DNA of 52,675 bases from Desulfobacteraceae bacterium (lineage in GTDB: Bacteria; Desulfobacterota; Desulfobacteria; Desulfobacterales; JACKCP01): contig JBFWJK010000002.1 of NCBI GenBank assembly GCA_050253255.1, positions 1 to 52,675 of the forward strand, given 5' to 3'. The notes below the pieces were generated by a model. It saw only the letters and a program-made list of their open reading frames with translations, had not been told where the DNA came from and made no database searches. Positions 1 through 8,313 of this stretch are shown piece by piece; position 1 is the stretch's first letter, and each line of letters starts with the position of its first letter. A program made the translations under genes and the position numbers.

Positions 1-31
1 ATGAAAATTGCAGCCTGTAAAAAGACTGGAT

Positions 32-925
32 TCATATACACCAGTTCACAGCAAGTGCAGCGGCAATATATGAGAATCCTTCAATGTAGGCGGCACCTAA
101 ATTCTGCTTTTCCTGTCCAGCAATTTCCTTTGAAAGACTTTCTGAAGGAAGAAGAAGCTTGTCTGTCAAAACTCTTACAAGCGGCATGATAAGAAGCCCG
201 ATCAATGCATAAATCAGATATTGTTTTATATTATAGCTCCAGGAATAAAAATCACCTTCAGCACTGAGACCTATAATAAGTCCTGTCCCTATAAGAAGGC
301 CGCCAAAGCTGACACCTGCAGCAACATTGTCTTTTTCAATTTCGTCATGAATATCATATGGAAGAATAAAATTATAAATTTTACCTGCCATAACCAGAAT
401 TACCTGACCTACAGCCCAGAAACCAACCGCAGTCCAGATACTTCCCCCCTCTCCGCTGACCGAGCCGTAAATCAGAAATCCGGATGCTACACAAACACCG
501 AAGTTGACAGCTCCGGTTCCCTGATTTTTATCCCGGATCAGCTCATCACTTACCTTGAATTTATGCAAAATAACCTTATCACATATAATTGCTGAAAGAT
601 TTAAGAGAATAACCGCTAGTAGACCGTAAATTGTTATATCGAGAAAATCAGAGATCAGTCCGTTTGAAGAGCCGGCAACAGCACCTCCGATTGATATGAC
701 AAGGCCCAGATAGTAGCCCGAAAGTGAAAGAGCAAGTGCAGGGTTGTCATTTTTTACAAGCTCATAAACTATATTGTAGCTTCTGTTTAATTTATCATTT
801 ACAAATTTACCGATAAAAAAAATTGCATAAAAGGAAAAAAGCAAAACAGCGGAATGAATTATTATATCCATAAGTTCAGTGTCCTTAAATATTTGTAAAA
901 ACTTTTTTATTGACTCAAAACTCAA
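32..925 (-). CDS. Integral membrane protein with four DUF350-type repeats (YjfL-like)
   Basis: 297-aa ORF that is hydrophobic throughout. Four repeats carry the DUF350-like N-x-[AG]-x-[AG] motif ahead of a Gly-rich helix (NPALALSLSG, NQGTGAVNFG, NVAAGVSFGG, NLGAAYIEG). Confidence 0.7.
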   Translation of the reverse strand: MSFESIKKFLQIFKDTELMDIIIHSAVLLFSFYAIFFIGKFVNDKLNRSYNIVYELVKNDNPALALSLSGYYLGLVISIGGAVAGSSNGLISDFLDITIYGLLAVILLNLSAIICDKVILHKFKVSDELIRDKNQGTGAVNFGVCVASGFLIYGSVSGEGGSIWTAVGFWAVGQVILVMAGKIYNFILPYDIHDEIEKDNVAAGVSFGGLLIGTGLIIGLSAEGDFYSWSYNIKQYLIYALIGLLIMPLVRVLTDKLLLPSESLSKEIAGQEKQNLGAAYIEGFSYIAAALAVNWCI

Positions 926-956
926 GTAATTTAAGCAGACAGGAAAAAGTTAAACT

Positions 957-1643
957 TTATTTACCTATTCTTCCCGCTTTCCCCCTGAAAGTCCCTGTCT
1001 TGGTTCTGCCTATTTTTTTATTGAGATTGGTCTGAAATTTTTGTTTAAAACCTGCTTCTCTTGCTTTTCTTCTTTCAAAAAACGATGGGTTGTTCTGCCT
1101 TGAAAGAGAACCTCCTGTACCGTATCTGTTATTTCCGTAATAAACCATATTTCTTCCGGAATAAGATCTGTAAGTATCATAATCGTTTCTGTAAACAGGT
1201 CTGTACCATCCTCCCATCAGATGGCTGAACAAAGCATATTTTCCATAGAATTCCCAGAAACTGTTCCCGCTGGAATCAGTTTTCCACTCTCCGTATCTGG
1301 AATCTCCCACATACTGATAACCTGGGGGAGAAGGCTGTTCCTGAAGCCTGCCGTCTTTTTTATCAACAAGAGCCATCCCAAGAAACCCTGAATTCAGTCT
1401 GAAATACTTTTCACTGACCTTGAGCCATGGAGTTACATATGCGTCATCAGGTGTAACCACTCTGTATTTATGATAATATGAAGCAGAAACAAACCCTTCT
1501 TCCTTCATATCCTCAAGAATTATTGAATAGGTTGGAACTTTATTAAGCGAAGAATTAAGCCTGTCTATCGGCGGAGGCTGTGATCCGCATGAATAAAAAA
1601 TAAAAAGCAGAAACAAAAAAACTGACCAGCTTAGCCTTTTCAT
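957..1643 (-). CDS. Lipoprotein of unknown function, Tyr/Gly/Arg-rich with a basic C-terminal tail
   Basis: 228-aa ORF. Signal peptide with lipobox (LFIFYS-C-GS). The mature part is rich in Y/G/R/N and ends in a K/R-rich tail. Lies 31 bp upstream of the DUF350 gene on the same strand. Confidence 0.55.
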   Translation of the reverse strand: MKRLSWSVFLFLLFIFYSCGSQPPPIDRLNSSLNKVPTYSIILEDMKEEGFVSASYYHKYRVVTPDDAYVTPWLKVSEKYFRLNSGFLGMALVDKKDGRLQEQPSPPGYQYVGDSRYGEWKTDSSGNSFWEFYGKYALFSHLMGGWYRPVYRNDYDTYRSYSGRNMVYYGNNRYGTGGSLSRQNNPSFFERRKAREAGFKQKFQTNLNKKIGRTKTGTFRGKAGRIGK

Positions 1644-1680
1644 AAAATAGCCTGAAATTAATGATTGAAATTACAAACCT

Positions 1681-2163
1681 TTACCACAACCAGTTTCTCT
1701 CTTTTCCTGAAAAAATTGAATTGTAGTAAACTTCTTTTCTCGGCTTAATATACAGTTTAATTTCCGCTGTTGCAATCCCCCCCTGATAATTTATTTCCTC
1801 AATATTAGCACCGCGCATATAGGATTTTGCAACCACCTGGATTTCATCTTCAGCAAGACTTCCGTTTCCGGCTTTTGAATTGGCCTGGACAATCAAACCT
1901 GCAAGTCTTTCGGAAAGTCTTCTGTACCCATCTAGAACTGCGGCTCTTTCAGCCATATATTTCTGTTCCATCGGGGTTCCGTTTTCAGGAGCAAGCCCTT
2001 TTCCGGTTTCTGTAATAAGTATTTTTCTGTCTGCTTCCTCAGGCTCGATTCCGGCAATCAGATTGTCATGCATCCTTACAAACTGATATTCCTTAAGAAC
2101 ATGGTAATCAGTGGCACAGCCCCAAAGAAATATACAAACAAAAATTACAAACATTTTTTTCAT
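1681..2163 (-). CDS. LPP20/FlgP-like lipoprotein
   Basis: 160-aa ORF. Lipobox FLWG-C-AT. The segment ERAAVLDGYRRLSERLAG resembles the LPP20-family core. Co-directional with the two downstream genes. Confidence 0.5.
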   Translation of the reverse strand: MKKMFVIFVCIFLWGCATDYHVLKEYQFVRMHDNLIAGIEPEEADRKILITETGKGLAPENGTPMEQKYMAERAAVLDGYRRLSERLAGLIVQANSKAGNGSLAEDEIQVVAKSYMRGANIEEINYQGGIATAEIKLYIKPRKEVYYNSIFSGKERNWLW

Positions 2164-2233
2164 ATTAAATTCTCCTTAATGGATTTTTTTATAAATTCGG
2201 TCAAATCTCTTTTATACTTTAACTATAATTAAC

Positions 2234-2431
2234 ACCTGGATTGAGCGATTTTCAAGTTTGCTGCATATACAAGGCAAATTGTATCAGGCGATACTTTTGC
2301 TATGCATGATGCAATTTAACGCAGTAGATGCGGCAAAATTGGAAAGCCCGAAGGGTTTCATATTTTTAAATACAATAAGCTTAATTCATTGAAAATTTAT
2401 TAATTTAAAATGCGAAACGCTCAATTCAGGT
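2234..2431. repeat. MITE-like intergenic repeat, copy A (carries a 60-bp internal insertion at 2282-2341)
   Basis: 14-bp terminal inverted repeats ACCTGGATTGAGCG / CGCTCAATTCAGGT (13/14 match), flanked by AAC on both sides. The core is near-identical to 6342-6480. Confidence 0.6.
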
Positions 2432-2621
2432 AACAGTTGATCCTTAACTCATATGCCTTAAACTGAAAAAGACTTTCTTCCCTTATGAGTGCCAACACTC
2501 ATTAAAATAGGGTCATAAATCTATATCTTTATATGACAGTTATATCTATGATGAATAAAATCTATGCTTTCCTTAATAAGACATGATTACCCCCTCAGCA
2601 AAATCTCTCCAAGTAAGCTTC

Positions 2622-2662
2622 GGCGGTTTGCAACAAACCGCCTTTTCTTTCCTTTTTTCTTT
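2622..2662 (+). terminator. Orphan rho-independent terminator on the plus strand
   Basis: Perfect 9-bp stem GGCGGTTTG-CAA-CAAACCGCC followed by TTTTCTTTCCTTTTTTCTTTT. No annotated plus-strand gene lies upstream. Confidence 0.5.
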
Positions 2663-2802
2663 TAATCTTGATTTTAACAACTCCATAAAGTACAAAAAGA
2701 CCAGAATCTTGAGTCTATGGTCAGTTTGATATCCTAGCTTTTCTGATTGCTCTCTTTTACAAAGCTGTCTAACAAATCAACTATCTAATCCAAAGGACAA
2801 TT

Positions 2803-3603
2803 ATGGATTTTGTTTTAAATATCTCAAGACTTTTCGGAGAAAAAGTTATCTTCACTGTCAACGGCCTGGGGAAAATATTCATCTTTTTTATAAAAGGGAT
2901 TTTCCTTTTTTTCAAGTGGCCGGTTCAGTTTTCCAAACTTTTGAATCAGATTTATTTCATAGGCTTAAAATCAGTTCTAATAGTCTGCCTTACTGCACTT
3001 TTTACAGGAATGGTTCTTGGACTTCAAGGCTATTACACTCTAATTAAATTTGGTTCAGAAGGCTATCTTGGAACTGCTGTAGCACTGACTATTGTAAGGG
3101 AGCTTGGCCCGGTTCTTACAGCGATCATGATTGTTGCCAGAGCAGGTTCAGCAATGACTGCCGAAATCGGAATAATGAGGATTTCAGAACAGATCGATGC
3201 TCTTGAAACCATGAATATAAACCCCTTAAGATTTATTTTCAGCTCAAGAATATGGGCAGGAATTATAAGTTTTCCCCTTCTTACAGCAATTTTCGATTTT
3301 ATCGGAATTATCGGAGGCTATATATCAGGATCGATCCTTCTGGGTCTTAACGCCGGTATTTATTTTGCCAGAGTTGAATCAAGCATCACAATGAATGACA
3401 TAAACGGAGGCTTTATAAAAGCATTTGTCTTTGCTCTGGTAGTAATTACAATATGCTGCTACAAAGGGTTTTACACTCACCTCCAGAAAAACGTTTCAGG
3501 TTCAAAAGGCGTTGGATATTCAACCACATCTGCAGTTGTTTTATCCTGTGTATGGATTCTTGTATTCGACTATGTAATAACCTCTTTTTATTTTAACGGA
3601 TAA
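2803..3603 (+). CDS. mlaE: Phospholipid ABC transporter permease MlaE
   Basis: 266-aa polytopic protein with MlaE-type segments (GSEGYLGTAVALTIVRELGPVLTAIMIVARAGSAMTAEIG, ALETMNINP). First gene of an mlaEFDCA-ordered operon. Confidence 0.9.
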   Translation: MDFVLNISRLFGEKVIFTVNGLGKIFIFFIKGIFLFFKWPVQFSKLLNQIYFIGLKSVLIVCLTALFTGMVLGLQGYYTLIKFGSEGYLGTAVALTIVRELGPVLTAIMIVARAGSAMTAEIGIMRISEQIDALETMNINPLRFIFSSRIWAGIISFPLLTAIFDFIGIIGGYISGSILLGLNAGIYFARVESSITMNDINGGFIKAFVFALVVITICCYKGFYTHLQKNVSGSKGVGYSTTSAVVLSCVWILVFDYVITSFYFNG

Positions 3604-3605
3604 TT

Positions 3606-4352
3606 ATGACATATACTTCAAAACCACCTGTAGAACTAATAGAAATATCTAAAAGCTTTGGAGAACTTAAGGTTTTAAACGGAATAAGCCTTAAAATCGA
3701 AAAAGGAAAAATAACCTCCATAATAGGCAAGAGCGGTGAAGGTAAAAGCGTTCTTTTAAAGCACATAATAGGTCTTCTCAAACCTGACAGGGGCAAAATA
3801 TATTTTGACGGTAAACTTTTAAGTGAAATGACAAGACCTGAAATAAAGGATTTCAGAAAAAAAATAAGCTATATGTTTCAGGGCAACGCTCTTTTCGACT
3901 CTATGACTGTTTTTGAAAACATTGCGCTCCCCCTTTATGAAAACAATGAAAATAAAGAAAAAATCAAGGATCTTGTCTCAAAAAGAATAGCCCAGATGGA
4001 GCTTTCAGGTTCCGAGGACAAATATCCCTCTGAACTTTCAGGAGGAATGCAGAAAAGGGTTGCCCTTGCACGCGCCCTTGTTAATGAACCCCAGATAGTG
4101 CTTTTTGACGAACCGACAACCGGACTTGATCCTATAAGAAAAAATTATGTTCACAAAATGATTTCGGACTACCAGAAAAAATTTCAGTTTACTGCTGTTC
4201 TTGTCAGTCATGAAATACCAGATGTTTTTGAAATTTCAGATGTAATAATGATGCTTGATGAAGGGAAAATTGTTTTTACAGGAACAAAAGAAGAAATAAA
4301 AAATACAGAAAATCCCTATGTCCGGAAATTTGTTGAAGGCATAGCATACTAA
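3606..4352 (+). CDS. mlaF: Phospholipid ABC transporter ATP-binding protein MlaF
   Basis: Walker A GKSGEGKS, ABC signature LSGGMQKRVALARAL, Walker B IVLFDEPTTGLD. Starts 2 nt after mlaE. Confidence 0.9.
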   Translation: MTYTSKPPVELIEISKSFGELKVLNGISLKIEKGKITSIIGKSGEGKSVLLKHIIGLLKPDRGKIYFDGKLLSEMTRPEIKDFRKKISYMFQGNALFDSMTVFENIALPLYENNENKEKIKDLVSKRIAQMELSGSEDKYPSELSGGMQKRVALARALVNEPQIVLFDEPTTGLDPIRKNYVHKMISDYQKKFQFTAVLVSHEIPDVFEISDVIMMLDEGKIVFTGTKEEIKNTENPYVRKFVEGIAY

Positions 4353-4374
4353 AGTGTTAAAATTCGGAGGATAA

Positions 4375-4857
4375 ATGAAAAAAGCAACCCTTGAAACCGG
4401 AGTAGGCCTTTTTGTCGTGTTCGGTCTTATCTGCACAGCATATCTTACTGTAAAGCTTGGTAAAATGGAGCTTCTGGGAACAAATTATTATACACTCAAA
4501 GCAAACTTCAGGACAGTGGCAGGCCTGAAAACAGGAGCAAATGTTGAAATAGCAGGTGTACAGGTAGGAACTGTTGAAAATATAAGCCTCGATACCAGGA
4601 CTCACACGGCAGTCACTGAACTGAAAATAGAAAAAAAAGTAAAACTTTCAGCTGATGTAATAGCATCCATAAAAACATCAGGCCTGATAGGTGATAAATA
4701 TATCCAGCTTTCACCAGGAGGTGATCCAGAAATTCTCGAACCCGGCCAAATGATTACTGAAACCGAATCACCAATAGATTTTGAGGAACTTATCAGTAAA
4801 TATGTTTTCGGTTCAGTTGACAGTAAAGATTCAGACATGGGAGATTTTTTAAAATGA
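4375..4857 (+). CDS. mlaD: MCE-domain periplasmic substrate-binding protein MlaD
   Basis: 160 aa. N-terminal TM anchor followed by an MCE-like core (AGLKTGANVEIAGVQVGTVENISLD). GGAGGA Shine-Dalgarno sequence upstream. Confidence 0.85.
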   Translation: MKKATLETGVGLFVVFGLICTAYLTVKLGKMELLGTNYYTLKANFRTVAGLKTGANVEIAGVQVGTVENISLDTRTHTAVTELKIEKKVKLSADVIASIKTSGLIGDKYIQLSPGGDPEILEPGQMITETESPIDFEELISKYVFGSVDSKDSDMGDFLK

Positions 4858-5474
4858 TGAAAAAAGCAGTTTTTACATTATTCATCTTTCTGGTCATGAG
4901 CATGAACGTCTATGCACTGACGCCGATGGAATCAATCAAAAAGCCAACCGAAGAGATAATTTCTATTCTTAAAGCTGAAAAATACAGCACTCTTACTCCC
5001 GAGCTTAGAGAAGAACAATGGAATGAAATCTGGAATGTTGTAAAAAATTCATTTGACTTCAAAATCATTTCAAGACTTGCAGTGGGTAAATACTGGAGTT
5101 CCTTCTCCGGTGAAGAACAAAAATCTTTTCAGAAACTTTTTGCAGAGCTTCTTGCAAACACCTACATTAACAAAGTTCAGGAAAACTTTAAAAACCAGGA
5201 AGTCACTTATATTGATGAAAAAATATCAGAAAAAAAAGCTGAAGTACTTGTTCACGTGGCTCTTGAGGACAAGCCTGTTCCGATAATTTACAGAATGCTC
5301 GACAACAACGGCTGGCTTATCTATGATGTCAAGATTGAAGGAATGAGCATGATAAAAAACTACAGAAGCCAGTTTGATGAGTATCTGTTTAAAAAATCTC
5401 CTGAAGAACTTATCAATGCACTTGATTCTAAAATCACTCAGCTGAGGGAAGAAAGAAAAAAACCGGTTAACTGA
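4854..5474 (+). CDS. mlaC: Periplasmic phospholipid-binding protein MlaC (Ttg2D family)
   Basis: Signal peptide. Ttg2D-type motif FDFKIISRLAVGKYWSSFSGEEQKSFQKLFAELLANTY. ATGA overlap with mlaD. Confidence 0.8.
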   Translation: MMKKAVFTLFIFLVMSMNVYALTPMESIKKPTEEIISILKAEKYSTLTPELREEQWNEIWNVVKNSFDFKIISRLAVGKYWSSFSGEEQKSFQKLFAELLANTYINKVQENFKNQEVTYIDEKISEKKAEVLVHVALEDKPVPIIYRMLDNNGWLIYDVKIEGMSMIKNYRSQFDEYLFKKSPEELINALDSKITQLREERKKPVN

Positions 5475-5475
5475 T

Positions 5476-6315
5476 ATGAAAAAAATAATTTTTTTTGTTG
5501 TAATTTTCGCTTTTTTTTCAACCTCTTTTATTTCATATGCTGAAGAGACTTCTGAAAATTCAAAAAGTTTTGAAGACTCCTTGTTTGAGGAAATAAATGC
5601 TGATTACAGTACAAAGGATTCAGACTTTTCAGACGATGAACTGCTTGACGACGAACTTTTCAAAGATGAATACTCAGATAAAAAAAAATCAGCAAAGGAT
5701 TCAATCGATGACTATGATCCGATTGAACCGGTTAACAGAGCAATATTTTACTTTAACGACAAAGTATATATCTATGTTTTTACTCCTGTTGCAAAAGGAT
5801 ATGTAAATGCCACACCCAAATTTGCAAGAACAGGCATAAAAAACTTTTTTTCAAACCTTGCATCTCCACTAAAAGTTGTAAACAATCTTCTTCAGGGTAA
5901 AGTAAAAAACGCCGGAAAGGAAACCGGAAGATTTTTTGTAAATACTTTTCTTGGATTTCTGGGATTTATTGATTCTGCAAGCTCAATTGAAAGCCTCAAT
6001 CCTCCTGATGAGGATCTTGGACAGACCTTCGGCAGATGGGGTATAGGAAACGGGCCATATATTGTACTCCCTTTTCTGGGACCTTCCACTTTGCGGGATA
6101 CAATTGGAATGGCAGGAGAATTTTACATAAATCCGGTAGATTATGCTCTGGACATTGACAATGAAGGAAAGCTTGCAATGAGTGCTGTAAACGGACTGAA
6201 TGAACTGCCTGGCAGGATGGAACTTTACAAAACCCTCAAAGACTCTGCTCTTGACCCTTATACTGCTGCAAAAAACGCTTACATACAGCTAAGACACGAA
6301 CAGGTTAAAAAATAG
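5476..6315 (+). CDS. mlaA: Outer-membrane lipoprotein MlaA/VacJ
   Basis: VacJ-family motif DPIEPVNRAIFYFNDKVYIYVFTPVAKGY. Acidic low-complexity linker after the signal sequence. Last gene of the mla operon. Confidence 0.85.
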   Translation: MKKIIFFVVIFAFFSTSFISYAEETSENSKSFEDSLFEEINADYSTKDSDFSDDELLDDELFKDEYSDKKKSAKDSIDDYDPIEPVNRAIFYFNDKVYIYVFTPVAKGYVNATPKFARTGIKNFFSNLASPLKVVNNLLQGKVKNAGKETGRFFVNTFLGFLGFIDSASSIESLNPPDEDLGQTFGRWGIGNGPYIVLPFLGPSTLRDTIGMAGEFYINPVDYALDIDNEGKLAMSAVNGLNELPGRMELYKTLKDSALDPYTAAKNAYIQLRHEQVKK

Positions 6316-6341
6316 TTACTGCAAAATCTGCTCTGAATTTA

Positions 6342-6480
6342 TCCCAACTTGAGCGATTTTCAAGTTTGCCGCATATACAAGGCAAATTGGAAAGCCCGCA
6401 GGGTTTCATGTTTTAAAATATAATAAACTTAATTCATTAAAAATTTCTTAATTTAAAAATATGAAACTCTCAATTTAGGT
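6342..6480. repeat. MITE-like intergenic repeat, copy B (short form)
   Basis: Collinear with 2234-2431 minus the 60-bp insert and in the same orientation. Terminal inverted repeats are degenerate. Flanked by TTA on both sides. Confidence 0.6.
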
Positions 6481-6542
6481 TTATTTTAATAAAATGACAA
6501 GCGGCAAAGATTTTGATGCAGACAAATAGATCAGAGCATGAG

Positions 6543-7208
6543 TCATAAATTTTTTGAGACAAATGAATCAAAGTCAAATTTTTTTTCAAAGGGACTTTCA
6601 TCAGAAAAGATAAACTTATCTGATAAAAAATCACAACCTTCAAAGTTTTCCCGCAGTATTTTAAAAACAAAAATTTTTTTATAATGATCAAAAATTGCCT
6701 GATTTCTGTTTATCATACCAATTTCATCGCCGCACAGATTCATCACATCAGAATTTTTGCCGTACTCCTGATAAAGATAACAGCTTAAAAGCATGTCATC
6801 AGAAATAAAAAGAAAATCCGAACCGCATTGCCAGAAAACCGGGCTTTGGCTGCTTCCCGGAATTTTGACAGTTTCATGAAGTCCTTTTTCATCATATCCG
6901 GAAATAAAAAGCTTCATAAGAGTCTTGTTTTTTATACAGGGAATAACTATACCCTCTCCCAGTACAAGAGAATCTGACTTCTCCTCCTGTATCCCCCAGC
7001 TTTCACATGATCTCAGGGTAAGCTTCTTGTTCCATCCAAACATCTGCTCTTTAATAAAACTGTTTTTAAAACCCAGAATAAAAAGCTCTGCCAGAACATC
7101 TTCACTGTGTTTTCCCCAAAGCTGATGTTCAGTCCTAATTAAAAATGCCATTGCTTTCTTTATCCAGAGGTCTGAAGGAGGATTATTATCAAAGTCTCTA
7201 TGTTTCAT
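6543..7208 (-). CDS. Hypothetical cytoplasmic protein (no family recognised)
   Basis: 221-aa ORF with no signal peptide, lying 15 bp downstream of the lipoprotein gene on the same strand. It has a weak, uncertain resemblance to degenerate primase/Toprim-type folds (GIVIPCIKNKTLMKLFISG ... FLFISDDMLL). Confidence 0.45.
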   Translation of the reverse strand: MKHRDFDNNPPSDLWIKKAMAFLIRTEHQLWGKHSEDVLAELFILGFKNSFIKEQMFGWNKKLTLRSCESWGIQEEKSDSLVLGEGIVIPCIKNKTLMKLFISGYDEKGLHETVKIPGSSQSPVFWQCGSDFLFISDDMLLSCYLYQEYGKNSDVMNLCGDEIGMINRNQAIFDHYKKIFVFKILRENFEGCDFLSDKFIFSDESPFEKKFDFDSFVSKNL

Positions 7209-7223
7209 TGCTTAAAAAACTTC

Positions 7224-8105
7224 TTACTGCTCAGGAGGCTGAGGAGGAATCATGTTGAATCTTACCATCTGATCGGGGTACTGAATTATAAACTCTTCCA
7301 GGCTTCCTCTGCTTCCTGCGATTATAATGTTATTAAGTTTCAGCTCTTTGAGCATACCCTTGAAATACGGATTGGCAATTTTTTCAATATTTTTCATGTG
7401 CTCTTTAACTTTTGTAAAATTATTCATCTCATTATACTCAAGTGAGGAAAAATAAAAAATAAGATCATCTCTGAAAGAGGGATGCACAGGAATTAACTGC
7501 GGCATTTCTTCCTTCGTCTTAGCAGGTGTTTCAAGAGTCTTGATAAAACTTAAACTAATGCAGGCAAATCTTTCTTTTGAATACGGAGTATCTTTTTTAA
7601 GATTTACTATCAATGGATCCATATCTATTTTTTGTTCGGTAATAAAAGCCGAATCACCGGATGATGAACCTGATCCAGATTTCTGTGACCTGATTCTCAG
7701 CCATTCCATTTCAGCCCCTGAATCTTCCTTTGAAAGAACAAGCTTTTCATCTGAAAGTGAAGAAATCACATACTGATAAGTATTTCCGGGCTTCCAGCCT
7801 GTTTCTATCTCATCTCCAGATTCAACCGTGATGTTAAAATACTTATTTTTATCAGACAGTTCCCATTTACCCTTTTGAGATCCTTTTTTCTGAATAATTT
7901 CAGAAAACTGTCCCTGCTGTCTGACCTGAGATTCCCAGTTCCCGTTTGCCTTTATGCTCATTATTATCAGACTTCTTCTATAGCTGAATCTCCAGTCATC
8001 GACTATTTGAAGCTCGAATGGGTCCTCACCCTTATCTGAACCTGAGCAGGACATTAAAAAAAGGAAAAGACAAAAAACTATCAAGGGCTTTTTAATCATC
8101 TTCAT
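7224..8105 (-). CDS. Lipoprotein with a lipocalin-like N-terminal part and a FliL-like C-terminal domain
   Basis: I use the internal start at 8105 (MKMIKKPLIVFCLFLFLMS-C-SG lipobox). The C-terminal segment (DPLIVNLKKD..RFACISLSF ... FRDDLIFYFSS ... IIIAG) follows the FliL-family pattern. A Ser/Gly linker sits between the two halves. Confidence 0.55.
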   Translation of the reverse strand: MKMIKKPLIVFCLFLFLMSCSGSDKGEDPFELQIVDDWRFSYRRSLIIMSIKANGNWESQVRQQGQFSEIIQKKGSQKGKWELSDKNKYFNITVESGDEIETGWKPGNTYQYVISSLSDEKLVLSKEDSGAEMEWLRIRSQKSGSGSSSGDSAFITEQKIDMDPLIVNLKKDTPYSKERFACISLSFIKTLETPAKTKEEMPQLIPVHPSFRDDLIFYFSSLEYNEMNNFTKVKEHMKNIEKIANPYFKGMLKELKLNNIIIAGSRGSLEEFIIQYPDQMVRFNMIPPQPPEQ

Positions 8106-8313
8106 CTTTTTTTTCACAGTAACAGTTGTTGTCATCACAGATATTGCACTCATACGAAGCATCAACATCATTTTCTGATTTCCTTTTTTTCGAAGAAAAA
8201 ACAAAGTAAACAATGCCGCAGACAATCAAAATTCCAAATATAAAATACATCATTATTTTTACCCCGCTTTATTCTGTTTCAACTAATTGCTGTATGATTA
8301 AACACCCACTGAT

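Noticed and set aside
1-595. Plus-strand ORFs 1-189 and 221-595.
   Set aside because: They are shadows of the DUF350 gene on the opposite strand, with no Shine-Dalgarno sequence and no recognisable features.
2234-6480. The mla operon as a composite transposon or genomic island bounded by the two repeat copies.
   Set aside because: There is no transposase, integrase or tRNA anchor. mla is core envelope machinery. The repeats are direct and short, so I report them only as MITE-like elements with possible recombination potential.
8106-8225. A 40-codon N-terminal extension of the track ORF 7224-8225 (MSAALFTLFFLRKK...).
   Set aside because: The internal ATG at 8105 gives a textbook lipoprotein signal peptide (MKMIKKPLIVFCLFLFLMSC). 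The extension has no signal-peptide logic and would bury the lipobox.
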